A DNA stretch of 64,000 bases from assembly GCA_000934665.2 (NCBI GenBank), contig KZ539491.1, positions 1-64,000 on the forward strand, written 5' to 3'. A program made the position numbers and the translations under genes. The stretch comes from Catajapyx aquilonaris (taxonomy: Eukaryota). Numbering within the stretch: the first letter of the stretch is position 1; the number at the start of each line of letters is the position of its first letter. Below the pieces are notes generated by a model. It did not search any database. It was not told the DNA's origin and worked only from the letters and a program-made list of their open reading frames with translations. This document shows positions 28,001 to 40,400 of this stretch, piece by piece.

Positions 28001-30103
28001 CTCATACTTGAAAGAATGAGAAAAGGTCTCATTGGTCTCATCGAATCACGCTCGCTTGATTTGCCCATCATGCTTCATTCTGTCACGGGTTGTAGCGACA
28101 GCCTGCTCACCTCTTTCACACGGGGCTCATGAGTGACTTTGTCGCCATTTTGTACAAATTCGGTGAATTAATAAACTGCCGCTGATCACTGCTACTTTTG
28201 AATAGCAGTATCAACAATAGTTGTCAGCCATTTTTCTCTTCCTGACAACCCCTGAGGGCTTACAAATCAGGAAAGAGCCTTTGTAATGACCCATGTTAAG
28301 TATGGAAGTCAAATGTTTTGAAAGCAAGGTGGGCTATTCGAGTCACAATGGGAAGACGCTTCAGTGTTGCCAGCCGCTTTTGGCGGGTTGCTCTTTTTTT
28401 CTGGTATGATTAATAGTGGCCAGATTCAGCGGTCGACCGCACACGTTGCTCTCCCTTCATCATAGCATGGGTCGAGCAGCCATAATTTTTTTCCCCCGCC
28501 CTTTTTTCATGCGAGCACAGGTAATTTTCCGGCTGCACTTCCCTTGACATCTCCCTCGACCATAGAAGCACACAAGGCTTGATTTTCAAGGACAGTGCTG
28601 CCACTGTGAGTGTCATTATTGTAACCAGAGATATGAATGTGGTGTCACGTTATGAGTCGGAATTTTGCTATTGGAACACGCATATCTGTAGAAGGACAAA
28701 AAAAAGAGAGGTTGAGGGACATGCATCAAACTGGATATGGCCCATTACTTTCTAGATTGAGTTTTGCCACGATTCGTTACCTCCGCAGGAGCAAATGCAT
28801 TATGTAGGGCTAAAGCTAATGATATTTCTAATGCATTGGCTGGAAATCTGGCCCCAGGTCATGCACAGTCAATTGGATTCGAATGCTGTGGGCAGATAAC
28901 TAAAAATTTAGTTCACGGCGAGATGAGTTTTACAGTTGGACAAATGTACAGGCATTCTGGAGTTGAAATTTTATTGCGTTTTTGCCTGCACCTCATGAAC
29001 TTGATTTTTTTTTTCAATTTTCAAGTTAAGAGTTGCTGAAAATATATTCATAGGTTGAGTAGCACAGAGCTATCAATTATACCAAACGTGTTACTGGAGC
29101 TGTTCAATTTTTTTTTTAAACCCCATCTCACTATACGATGGTTGCATGTTCGGTATGATTGACCGGCACAAGACCTTTTCTTAGAACCGTGGGTTGCATC
29201 ACTTTACTTCATAGTTGCTACTGAAGAAATTAGCCGCACGGTAATTGAATTTGTACGTGCGGTGTCGTGTTTTGGATAAGGGCAATAGCCTCATTTGTGG
29301 GGTAGGATATGATGGACTATCAAATGTCGGCACGTGTGATATTTTATCTAGCTCGACGGATAATGTGTAAGGCGCTGTCGCACGCCTGTACGCCCGTGAT
29401 ACACTAGATATTGATCTAGGATGTCATGAACAACTGCGTAAAAGTCTGACCAGGGCAACTTGTAGCCTGTTTGTGAGTTGCTTAGAACAAGGCGGGCGCA
29501 AAAAATTGTCCACGGGTAACAATGAGGAACATTTTTGCAGTGACTGAAGCGGCCCCATGGGAAATATTGTTCTTTAGAAATGAGTTGGTTTAAGGTTGTG
29601 TGTACTCATTCATAGTAATTTGGGAGACAACAATGGTATACATTGTGAGACATGTTTCATTTGAATTAGAGAGGGTCTCGTGCATTTGCCCACTCCTTGT
29701 TTCGTTGAAGAGAGACATTGTGATTTTGTGGGATGCATAATGATGCTACATGGTGGAAATAAATCCGAAATAATGACACTGAAGGCAGATGAATCCCCCA
29801 GTTTCCACTAGATGAAGGGCTTAAGTTAGGAATATGGCTTATTATTGTGTAATTAGGCAAAGTCCTCTTGGAAATGTGATGGATTCTGTCATTAGTTTTT
29901 GTGGGTGCTGGTTCTCTTTCATTCAGACTTTCAGGACTTTTCAGGTATAGTCATATATTAGATAGGGTTAGGCTAAAATTTCCATTTTATTCTTGACGCG
30001 TGTTTATATCAATTTATTATTGCATAGTGTTTTTGCTGACTTAATTTCTTAGAACCGGTACTTTAAGTTTACAGTAGTAGTAAGTGTTATAGTACTAGTA
30101 CAT

Positions 30104-30435
30104 GGGGAGGTGTGGTGGCCGTGATGGTAACGTCACGGCTTGCTGAGTGAAAGGCCCCGGGTTCGATCCCCGCCTGGGGAACTTTCCTTTCACCTGCGTC
30201 AGGAGGGTCTCTGACCTGCACCAAGGAGGTGTCTGGCAACCTAACCTCCTGGGGGACAGCACATGACCCCTTTACCGACATTGCACTTGCACCTATGTTC
30301 CCTCCCCAAAAAATCCCTATCCCTACCCTACATCCTTGTCTCCTTGCACCGGTGTACGAAGTTAAGGAGTGAAAATTGTGGTATCCCACCCCCCTAAAAA
30401 GGCTAAGCCTTAGCACGGGGTAACGTAAAAAAAAG
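30104..30435 (+). mobile_element. tRNA-derived SINE, full length, poly(A) tail (head resembles tRNA-Ala)
   Basis: A-box at 30116-30127 and B-box GGTTCGATCCC at 30160-30170. AGGCCCCGGGTTCGATCCCCG resembles a tRNA-Ala variable/T arm. An A8 tail follows, and the TSD is GTACTAGT(A/C)CAT at 30092-30103 and 30436-30447 (11/12). Confidence 0.92.
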
Positions 30436-30959
30436 GTACTAGTCCATTACAGTCACACATTTCAAGTACCCGTTGCTGCACATTATCCGGAGGAGTTTTC
30501 AGTAATATTTTACAATATGGACTTAGGCTTAAAGAATTTCTTTCAGCAGAGTTTATAAGCTACTGACATCGTAGTAATATTTTGCCATTTGTTTATTCAT
30601 CAACCAGATTTTTTGTTCCACTAATATTGCACAACCTGTGAACGTTATATCGAATCATTATGCTCAGTAAACTCGTTGTACCGTCACGAGCAATTGAGCA
30701 AAGAGATGGAGGCGGCTGATTGTAAGTTTTGTGCATTTTCTTCATCATCTAACTTTCCCTTTGGGCAGTTTTCCTTCTCCTGTTATATACTTGAATGATC
30801 CTGTTATAGTGGGGTTTTACCATAACTTTCTTAGAGGTGTTTTATTTTTAGTTATTTGCAGTAAATCTACTAATACTTACAGTGGAACAAAACACCCTAT
30901 ACCTTTACGTCGCGTATCAGTTTGTATATATGTGCTCTTTTTTACGACTTTGTGCAGAA

Positions 30960-32396
30960 CCCAATTGAAAATATCCATTAGGGTTATACTGGATTTCTTA
31001 ATGGATATTTCGAGGCCCAAATCTTCTCTAGGATCCAAATGTATATCCTCTAGGATCAATGCGACTATCCTCTAGGATATAAATGGATCTCCTGTAGCAC
31101 CCAAGTGGATATATCCTTTGGGATCCCAATCGAGACCCTCTAGAATCCACAAGTCGACTTTATTGATAGTCTTTAGGTGCAGCCATAATTGCCTACCATA
31201 TAAATTATGCAGCTTTTTAAATGGGAGCAATCATATGATAACAAGATTGAAACGGGATTGAGGTGTCCAGCTCGCTCTGCCGTATAGGCACTGCACGCGC
31301 ATTTAAGTCAAACTCACAGCAAAGGTTTATCTGGGACTTGAACCCATAAAGCTTCATGCCCTGTGAGAGACTGTTATATTTTCACATTCCTATTGTATTC
31401 TGTGAAAATACTCATATTAAGTATTTTAAGCTTCTCTATAGATGGTGCAGTCCTATAAGTATTGCATATACAGCGTGTATCTGAACTCGGTGCCCCGACG
31501 TATATGACTGCCTTCCTAGCCACCAGAGGATCGATTTAAGTATAGGAGTCATATGTCTGGGCAGCCTCATTACGGAGATAATTGGCCGCAAACATGTAGT
31601 ACAAAATATCCTGTCGGTTAGGCCACCCATCGAACCCTCCCCCAGTCAGAAGGCTCTGGAAGGTCTGGGGGCGGGACTTTGTTGGTTTGTTGCCCACAGG
31701 TGGTAAGGCCTCTTTGGCTAGTTACACCCGAAAATTCTATTTAAAAGTCAGAAGGAGCGATTAGGCAAAAATCGCTAAAGAGTGTATCTCAGTAATGAGG
31801 CTGCCCAGACATATGACTCCTATACTTAAATCGATCCTCTGGTGGCTAGGAAGGCAGTCATATACGTCGGGGCACGAAGTTCAGATACACCCTGTATATA
31901 CCATCGAGGATGCCTGTGACAGTAGCTTTGAGAATAATCATAGTGGATATCCACTTATACGTATATCCGTGATATTTCTGCGGCTTGGGATGGATGGCCA
32001 AGTTTCTGTATATCCACTTGTATTCATACGTTCATTGTTGATTTTTAAGGCACCTGAGTAGTATTGCCGTTCCAATGAGAAAAAAACTTTATTTGCAAAA
32101 CCGGTAAGGACTAAAGTCACATGCATGCAGGCTCTACACCACAGACTTGCAAATATAGCTTTTTTTTCCATTTGGACAGCACACAGCAGCGTATTTCTCT
32201 ACTCGTGAGCACTGGGATCTCCAACTCCAACTTTCTGGACTCAACTTTTGGGAAGGCGGGAATATCAATAAGCCCAGATCTCCCTAGAAGATAGCGCGGA
32301 TCTCTTAGACACTTAAGAGGATTGCATATAAGTGTTCTGAAGGATCGAATGGATATCGAAAAGGATCGATCCGATCCGAAAGGTTATTTCATTGGG
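30960..32396. mobile_element. Old non-autonomous CACTA/EnSpm-like DNA element with subterminal repeats
   Basis: Short inverted termini CCCAATTGAAAATA ... TTATTTCATTGGG. A ~22-bp-period TCCTCTAGGATC repeat runs through 31024-31148, and related GGATCT/GGATAT-rich repeats lie near the right end. The superfamily call is inference. Confidence 0.55.
31471..31894. mobile_element. Tc1/mariner-type MITE, 424 bp, ~110-bp TIRs, TA TSD
   Basis: TA|CAG(C/G)GTGTATCTGAAC... (31471-31580) matches the reverse complement of 31785-31894 with 4 mismatches. TA flanks both ends. Confidence 0.92.
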
Positions 32397-35213
32397 TAAA
32401 ACAAGCAACATAACAGGAAACTGATAATTATATGCAAGTACTGGAAGCAATGATAAGTATAGCATGGCAATATCTTCACTTTGTTAAAATGATTCTAAAA
32501 CAATGCACTGGTATGTCAAGCGAATAGGAGTAAATGTTATTGTTTTATAATTTTCCTTCTCATGTAGTCTTAAGTTTAGCCTTTCGCATTTATACACCAG
32601 TTTTCTTTTAGAACTAAGCCAGGAAATGCAATGACAATTGATCTCTTGCATGCTATCCCATGCTATGTATATCCTTTGTACCAGATATGCTGACGGGGTG
32701 TAACTATACTGCTGGAATGATGACGTATTATGCAACGAAGCCTATTCACATGGTATTCACACATACAGGTTCTTGCCCCTGCAGCATATTGCAGGGTCAT
32801 GTAATTCTTTGCGAGTCCTCTTTCACACGTGCATGCCTATATAATTTAATCTTGTTCGAGGGTCTCTACCCTGTACGAATTCCAATTTATCTCTCATTAT
32901 GGTGGGCAACCTGCAAATTTTTGCGCAATGTAGAGTTTTCTGGGTGCACTTTACCTACAGCGTTATTTTAGTTGAGTGTCCGCCTTTGGTTTCAAAACGG
33001 TTTCACATTTCTATACACTGTATATATACTGTTCAATAGCAACTAACGCAATGAGAAGTCCTTCAGGTGGCATACCATAACAGTGTATGACAAAACCTTG
33101 CGGTACGAGAAGCAGACGTATAGCTATATTACATTTCAAAGACCGTGAATACTCCCATGCTTTAGCTTACGACTAATTTAATCTGTAAGCTAAAGCGACG
33201 ACATATAAGTGTTAACGAACGTTTTAAGAGCACCTCTTGTTCCGCTAATTAAGCCGGTTTTTAAATGTCCCACTTAATTGCTGGAGTGCAGACTTTTACG
33301 AGGATGTCCCAATTTAATTGCGTTCTAGACCAGTGCAGCCGATTAATGCCTTAATAATTGAATCGCAGATTTTCTGCCAGAGCAGTAATCCTGCAGGTCG
33401 CCACCAGTTTTGAGCAACACGAATCCTGTCGCTACAACTCCAAGCAATTTTCTCATTACACACATGAAAAGCGAGTCCCCCCAACATCAAATATCCTAAT
33501 TAGCCATTGCAGTAGGCTCATTGCAACCCAAAGAGTCCAATCCCTGCCAAAGTGGTAGCATATAGGTTGAAGTGAAGTGAAGGTAGAGCCCATGGCATCA
33601 GGCTAGCATGGGAGGCCAGTTGTCCATTTACGGCAGGCGATACAGCGCAATCTATCCTCATCCGGGCTCGTTGATGCCAGCAATTACGGGGCCGGTTGTG
33701 ACGGACACGGCCAGCCATTTTCCTTTCCCCAAACTCCCCCACACACACCGGGCCTCATCATTACGCTGTCAATCACGGCCATCTCACTGGCCTGCCCGAT
33801 ATACCGCTAAACGGACACATAAATAAGCCCTACTGGGTGTCTCGTGCCCTCATTTTTTCCTCCCCGGGGCTAGGCCTAGCCGGATCCAAGTGAGTGTGCT
33901 GACCTCTAGCATGACGCTTAGGTAAATCTTGTGAGGGTTCGTGACTTGGCGTGTAGTTTTGAAACTCGCAAAGTTTGGTGCAATGAGGTCTGAGTAGTGT
34001 CGGTTAGCTCCTTCTTCCTGGCAGTTTTGGCTGGTATTAATGGTAGGCTTGGCTATCTAAGGGGGCGGGGTATCCAGGCCGATTCGGATGGTGTTTGGTG
34101 TTATTTTTGCTCGGCAGCACGTTTGATGATGCCGATAGCCCATTAGCTGCAGGTAAGTTACTGGAAATATATATGAGGGCGTGACCTACATGGGATGCAC
34201 TACATACATGAATACATGAGGGGGGAGAGAAAGGCAGTTTGCTTGCCGTGTTGTTTGTTTTGCGAGGGTGTACCAGAGTGGAGTAATTTCACCTACCGTA
34301 ATGCCCTACATGAGGCTAAATCCTGCTTGTTATTTAGAGTGGTTTTCTGCTCTATTTTTTACTATTTTAATTGCGCTTGCAATACACCCACTTCTTTTTA
34401 ATTAAAAATTTCCTTAAAGAAATCATTACAGCTCATCCACAGTCTGAGTGAAATACATTTAACCGAATGAAAGGAGAAATTACTACCTGAAATAAATATT
34501 ATCGAGTCTGTTGAATTATTGGAAACATCCAAAAGGGTTGGCAGATAAGTCATGCGGGGAAAATAATGGAACACCATGAAAAATAATGTAGAGAGTACTG
34601 AATAGCAGTTAAATAAGCACCATATCTGATCTTCCTTACTGAACCACCTTGTATATTCTGTACTCCATAAATCAATCCTAGTAAAAGCTGTCACTTCAAC
34701 ACCAGCAAGCAGGTTTGAGTAATCATTCCTCTGTGCGAAGACTTGGTTTTTTGCCAGCTGGCTTAACCATTTTATTCCGAACTTGCCCTACATGTATAAG
34801 GTCAAGTGAAGAAAAATGATGGATAAATTGCCTATTCCATGCATGCTCCGTCGTTCGTAATACTCAAATATACCTGAATCATGACTGTCAGCAGTATGAA
34901 TAATAAACGGAAAAGTTTTAACTTCACACCATTCCCCCCGTAATATATGGAAACCTTCGCAAAATTTGTGATTGATGATATTCTTCTATACTGTATAGCC
35001 AGCCATTAATTTCCCTCCTTTGCCCCCTCCCCCCCACCCCCTCCATCCATGTGAAGTGTCAACAAGAATGGTGCTGTGGAATGAGAATTCCAGCAAGAAC
35101 AACTGGCGCGTGGGGGCCGAGGGAAGCCCTGCCTGTGTTTGCAAGACTTGATAAAGATGAGATCCAGGGGAGGGCAGGGGGTGGAAGGGCTCTTGGGCCT
35201 ACCCAGTCAAGGA

Positions 35214-35229
35214 GGGAGGGAGGGAGGGA

Positions 35230-35288
<59 letters not shown>
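35214..35288 (+). repeat. (GGGA)n plus (GA)n microsatellite
   Basis: GGGAGGGAGGGAGGG followed by ~60 bp of nearly pure (AG)n. Confidence 0.97.
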
Positions 35289-35290
<2 letters not shown>

Positions 35291-35977
35291 ACGGATGAAA
35301 CTCGGGCAACTTTTGAAAACCCTGCCGCGGAGAACAAAGTCACTCACCCTCTTTGTTGACTTTGCCTTCGTTGGGAAAACGTCGATTAAATGTAATGAAA
35401 GAAAACAGCTCTTGTGTTTAGCTTACGGAGACTACATAGTGTTACTGAAACAGGATAATGGACTGGAGGACGGTGTTACGTCTTGGTTTGTGGTTGCTAG
35501 GGTTGTCACTATGGGGTGTAATGACTTGTACGGTGCTCTGATGGTGCATTGACAGGGTGTTATGAGAAGGTGACATCAAGATAATCTGGTGGAAAAAACA
35601 TGTACAGTCAAAATAATAACAACATTATAGGAAATGAGATTCTCGTGAGATTAAAATGTCTGACGTCTGAGTTCTAGGAGAAGATAATAATGCCGAAAAT
35701 TAGCCTTAATTTTTGCAAATGAGACCAGAAACAACATGAAGATTTGGAATCTGAGATGAGCTTGGAATTAGATTGTGAACGTTTCAAATTGCCTCGGAAC
35801 GAAATGCTTTAACGTGTTCCAAGCTCGTTGCATTTGATTCACGATGTTTTGGTTGCTTTTCGTTTCATGATAATGGAAATAGCCTTCAAATTGTTTTTAT
35901 GGCCTATTATTCTGGCCAGATTCCTGTATTTCAAATATTTAATTCAAATTCCCAAATCCTGCACCATGCGTTCATGC

Positions 35978-36122
35978 GTACTATTGTTTTGGCCACTTTA
36001 TCCTGGTCTTGAAGCAACCATTCGCACAGACCCCACGGTGAGGAGGTGTGTGTGTGTGTGTGTGTGAAGGGTTGCTTCAAGACCAGGATAAAGTGGCCAA
36101 AAGAATTTGAGCCCCATAGTAC
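35978..36122 (+). mobile_element. Hairpin MITE family, copy C (left arm partly deleted, (GT)n expanded in loop)
   Basis: GTACTATTGTTTTGGCCACTTTATCC... to ...GAGCCCCATAGTAC. Confidence 0.9.
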
Positions 36123-37305
36123 AGTATGTGATAAATTTATTATAAACACACACGGTAAAGCATTCACTGGAAGCATTATTGAGGCACATGAACCTTAGTA
36201 AACTTCCTATAGTGACATGAAATCAAATTAAGGAGAAAATACTGTACGTAGTAGTATATTTTTCTAATATGTGTTGCTGCAATCGACCATCAACAAGCAC
36301 CATTGTCACCCATGCCTACTCATCATCCTATAAAGTCAGAAGCAGGGGCACATGGGACAATGAACCTCTCAAATCGGGAGCCAATTTGCGTCGTGGCAAT
36401 AACAATTCAAGAAGGCAATTTTTGAGGGTGAGATTGCAGAAGGGTTCGGCAGACCACCGTATCTGCTGCGTGACTCAATACCGAGTTGACCGACGACTAT
36501 ACATATTGCGACCCATAAATGGTAGCGTGCGGGCGTGTCCACCTGGAGGGTGCAATTTTCTCTCTCAATCAGTGCAGTTGGAATTTGATGCAGTGTATGA
36601 GAGAGCTTTTGCCGCTTAACGAGCCCCCGTGTAATCAAGATGAGAATTTGCCGTGGAGCTCACCTCCACGATAGTTTCGCCTGCACAACGAGCTTATAAT
36701 GGCATCGAATGGGCGTCGGCCAACACCCGCAACACCTCTTGTGCTTGCAGCCAGGAGTTTCCAGATTTTGCGCGGAGGTTATAACCGAGCGCGCAAGGGC
36801 GAGGATGGGGGCATTAAGGGTTGCATATCTCTCAGGACAGGGGGCTCATTGCCAAAAAGTGGGCTAATGTTCCGGATTGGTATATTCGGTAGAACTTGGG
36901 CAAGCGGAGGTGTCTTCAGGTGCAGCGCACCTGCGAACTGCAACCATCCTCCACTTGCTAAGCTGCCTTTGAGAATGTTCAGTCACATGCTTCGTGAAAA
37001 GTCCACTTTCTAAAACACGGAGTATATGTGTGGAAATCCAAAGTGAAGCATAGGCCATACTAGGTGTCCACTAAAACTACTTTAATAATTTTGTCCTTGT
37101 TTAACACTAAATATTCAGGATATACGTGGGTGATATATTGTACACCAAGTCTCCTAAACAATGACTGTTTATCATGGCGAGAATACTGTAGTTAAGCCGG
37201 ATTTCGCGAGGGACTCCTGGATGCACTTCGGGGTGTGGCGTGTTCCTCCCTGTTTATACCGCACCTTTGTCTGTGACATAAAGTGCCCGAGCAAACGCAT
37301 GCAAG

Positions 37306-37453
37306 GTACTATGGGGCTCAAATTGTTTTGGGCACTTTATCCTGGTCTTGAAGCAACCCTTCACACACACGCACCTGATCAACGTGGGGCCTGTGCGAAG
37401 GGTTGCTTCAAGACCAGCATAAAGTGCCCAAAATAATTTGAGCCCCATAGTAC
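37306..37453 (-). mobile_element. Hairpin MITE family, copy D
   Basis: GTACTATGGGGCTC...GAGCCCCATAGTAC, with 57-bp arms differing at 2 positions. Confidence 0.93.
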
Positions 37454-40400
37454 AGTACAGAATTAGTGTTTTTCTGCACTCCGAGAGTCAGTACTCTTCA
37501 TTGCGGTCTGTTCTTTTGTGTCTGACTATAGAATATTACACTTTTCTTATGAATATTTACTGTTTGAACGACTAACATTTGACCACTGCTACAGATGAGC
37601 AGGATGACAGTGACCTTTTACATAATTCTCGATATTTGCCCATTATCATGGATTTTCATTTCTGTTTAGTGAAAAATATTGCTGGATTTACAGTATAGTG
37701 AGATTTAAAAATGAGGTACCAATGCAACCCGAAAGGGATATCAGTGCAGGTGTGTACCTGCTACAAGAAAATTCAATTTTTATGCAGGAATTTTTCATTC
37801 CTGTACCGAACCATGCTGCCTATATACATAACTTACTAACATTGCAGGCTAGACGTGCAGACAGTCAACATGGTACTAAAATGTGGACTTATCTCGTTAA
37901 ACATGCTTATGTGCGTAAATGTGATATTTTGTAGTCAGATTGTGGCCTAATTATTCAAATCCCCACATACCGTTTGTCTGTAGTATGTTTCCATTTACAC
38001 AACAACCTACTATTATTTGTCATATAGACTGTAGGGTCTATAATTATACTTGCGTAGGTTGTACCACTGAATTGTTGTGAAACATTTATGGGAAAAGTCA
38101 GAGTTGCGTAAATGAAACATGAGAAAGTGACACATTTCTCTCATATACTGCATATGACAAGCAACAGGAAGTTACACGAATTGTGTCCCTGCCTGGAGCA
38201 ACCTGGAAATCCATGCACGTCCCTGTCCTATTTTCACATAAAAACATTTTCCGTAAAAAACACAGTTGCACGGATGCTGTGAGCATGTTGCATATATAAT
38301 CTGTGTACTCCATTCCTAAGCCTCACACCATATTTTAGTTCATATGTCAACACTGTTTACATCACCAACGAAGATTACCCTAGGCTAGGCCCTCTAAAGA
38401 CTCTATCTAGGAAAGAATAAGCCAACGTCCAGGAAAGTAGCAAGAATGATGAATCTGTGTGAGCAGTGCGTTGTCCCACTTCATGGAACCATTATTATGC
38501 AAATCGCAGCTGCAGCCATCCCCTTGCTACTCCAACGGGTGAATTATTCAGGTTTGGGAGGATCGAATGGGAAGTATTGAAATGCATGACCAGTTAAGGG
38601 TTTTCTCTCAGTCCTAGGGGCACTTGACGCAAAAATTCCTCTGGTCACGGGAGATTAGCAGGAGATCGACTTTCGCTGTTAGGTGCGCAACGGGTCCTTT
38701 TATCCCACGTTCAGGGGGTAATCAGGGGAGGCGTTTCTTCCGAATGCATGTGGCACGGAAAGACTCGTTGGCAAATTAAACCAACCCTGCTCCCACCCCC
38801 TAAAACGGGGATTTCAAGAGGCACGACTCTATGTAGGAAGTAATTTATGGGCTATTGAGTGGCATTGTCGACGGTATTGCCTATTGGGAATTTTTTTTAG
38901 CTAGAGCCAATAGAGTGGCGGGGGAAGTTTTCAAAGTAACGGGAAAGTATTGGATTGGAACGGTGCTTGTACAGTAAAGATATGTTAAATGTAGTCTGTC
39001 GCTGGGTTAAGCTGATTTGGTTTATGTGACTGAGTATGGCTCATTACTCTGAGTAACCTTAGTATGTTAGAAGCCTTCCCTTTGGCTAAGAGTAGATCTG
39101 ACTCATCACATTTGACAACCATATCACCTGGAAAAATGACTGTTGGAAGCTTAGTGGGCTGGGATTTTGCTAGATTTTTTTTAAATGACATACAGTGTAT
39201 ACTGGAAGGTATAGCATGTTTGCATAATTATGGATAAAGGAAAATGCTGTCAGGACGGCTAGAGCCGGACTACGGAATTCAACTACCTGTGCATGATGGA
39301 AAAGTACTGAAGTTTCACATGCAGTAGTCAGTAAGGATGCACACTCATGTAATCACGGAAACAATTGCAGGCTTTCAATTGGCAGTGAATGAATAGTAAT
39401 TATTGGTGGTAACTTACGTGCCTTGTCGTGTGCCAAAGTTTTCAATAATGCTAAACGACGATGTCGTGTGTACATAGCAGCCATCACTTTTGCCGACACG
39501 CATTGATACGCACTGAATGAAAATGGTACGGTATGGAATGCGTTTATAAAGTAGGTTATTTTTGTCTCGTGGCAGGTTTATGTTGCATTGATATAGAAGT
39601 ATGGATGATTTGAATTCAATGTGTGGGAGTAATATGAATATTTAGATATGGGTTTGACAATTAATATACAGTACTGTACTGGGGGGAATACTATTTCTTG
39701 GTGAAGTTGCATGAAATTGGTAGTACAGGTTTACGTTGATGTAATTAACCATTTGTAATTATCATTTTTGTGTTGTTGTGTGAATTAAAGAGAAAATATC
39801 GAATTATGTCGGATTGGGTTTTGTGGATGCCTCTATACATGCGGTATTATGATTTTTTCTGATTTGCTTTCATACAACCGTTCCTGAATGAATGTGAATG
39901 TTTGTCAAGCAGGAATATATTATAATCCTGTATGACAAACATGCCCATTATGGTGACGGTATTACACATCAATTTCCTCTATTGACTTCTTATAGAAAGA
40001 ACCCATCTTCGCATAAATACCTTACAACGTGTGATATTACTACTATTATGATATGCCATATAATCAGCTACATACTGTACACTGATATTTCTGGTTTTAG
40101 AAAGGATTATTCCCGTAATTTGAATAATAATGTCCAGATGAAACATGGCCAGTTTCATGCGGAAAGGAACCGGCTTAATCCCGCTTTTATGTGGGAATTT
40201 TGTAACTTGTCTCTTTGTCACATTACGTCCACAGGATAATGAATGTAATCTGGCGTCTCTGAGAGTGGAATACCCCACTTCTAATAAGCCACTCAAAAGG
40301 GAAATCTGTAGATATAATCAGTTCATATTTATTATGCCCAATGAATGTACAGTAGAGGTTACACCACCATAACCATTGCTTATTCTCTCCGATATGATCA

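Noticed and set aside
30104..30180. tRNA gene call for the SINE head
   Set aside because: No proper acceptor stem, and the sequence continues into a shared body with a tail and TSD, so it is a SINE.
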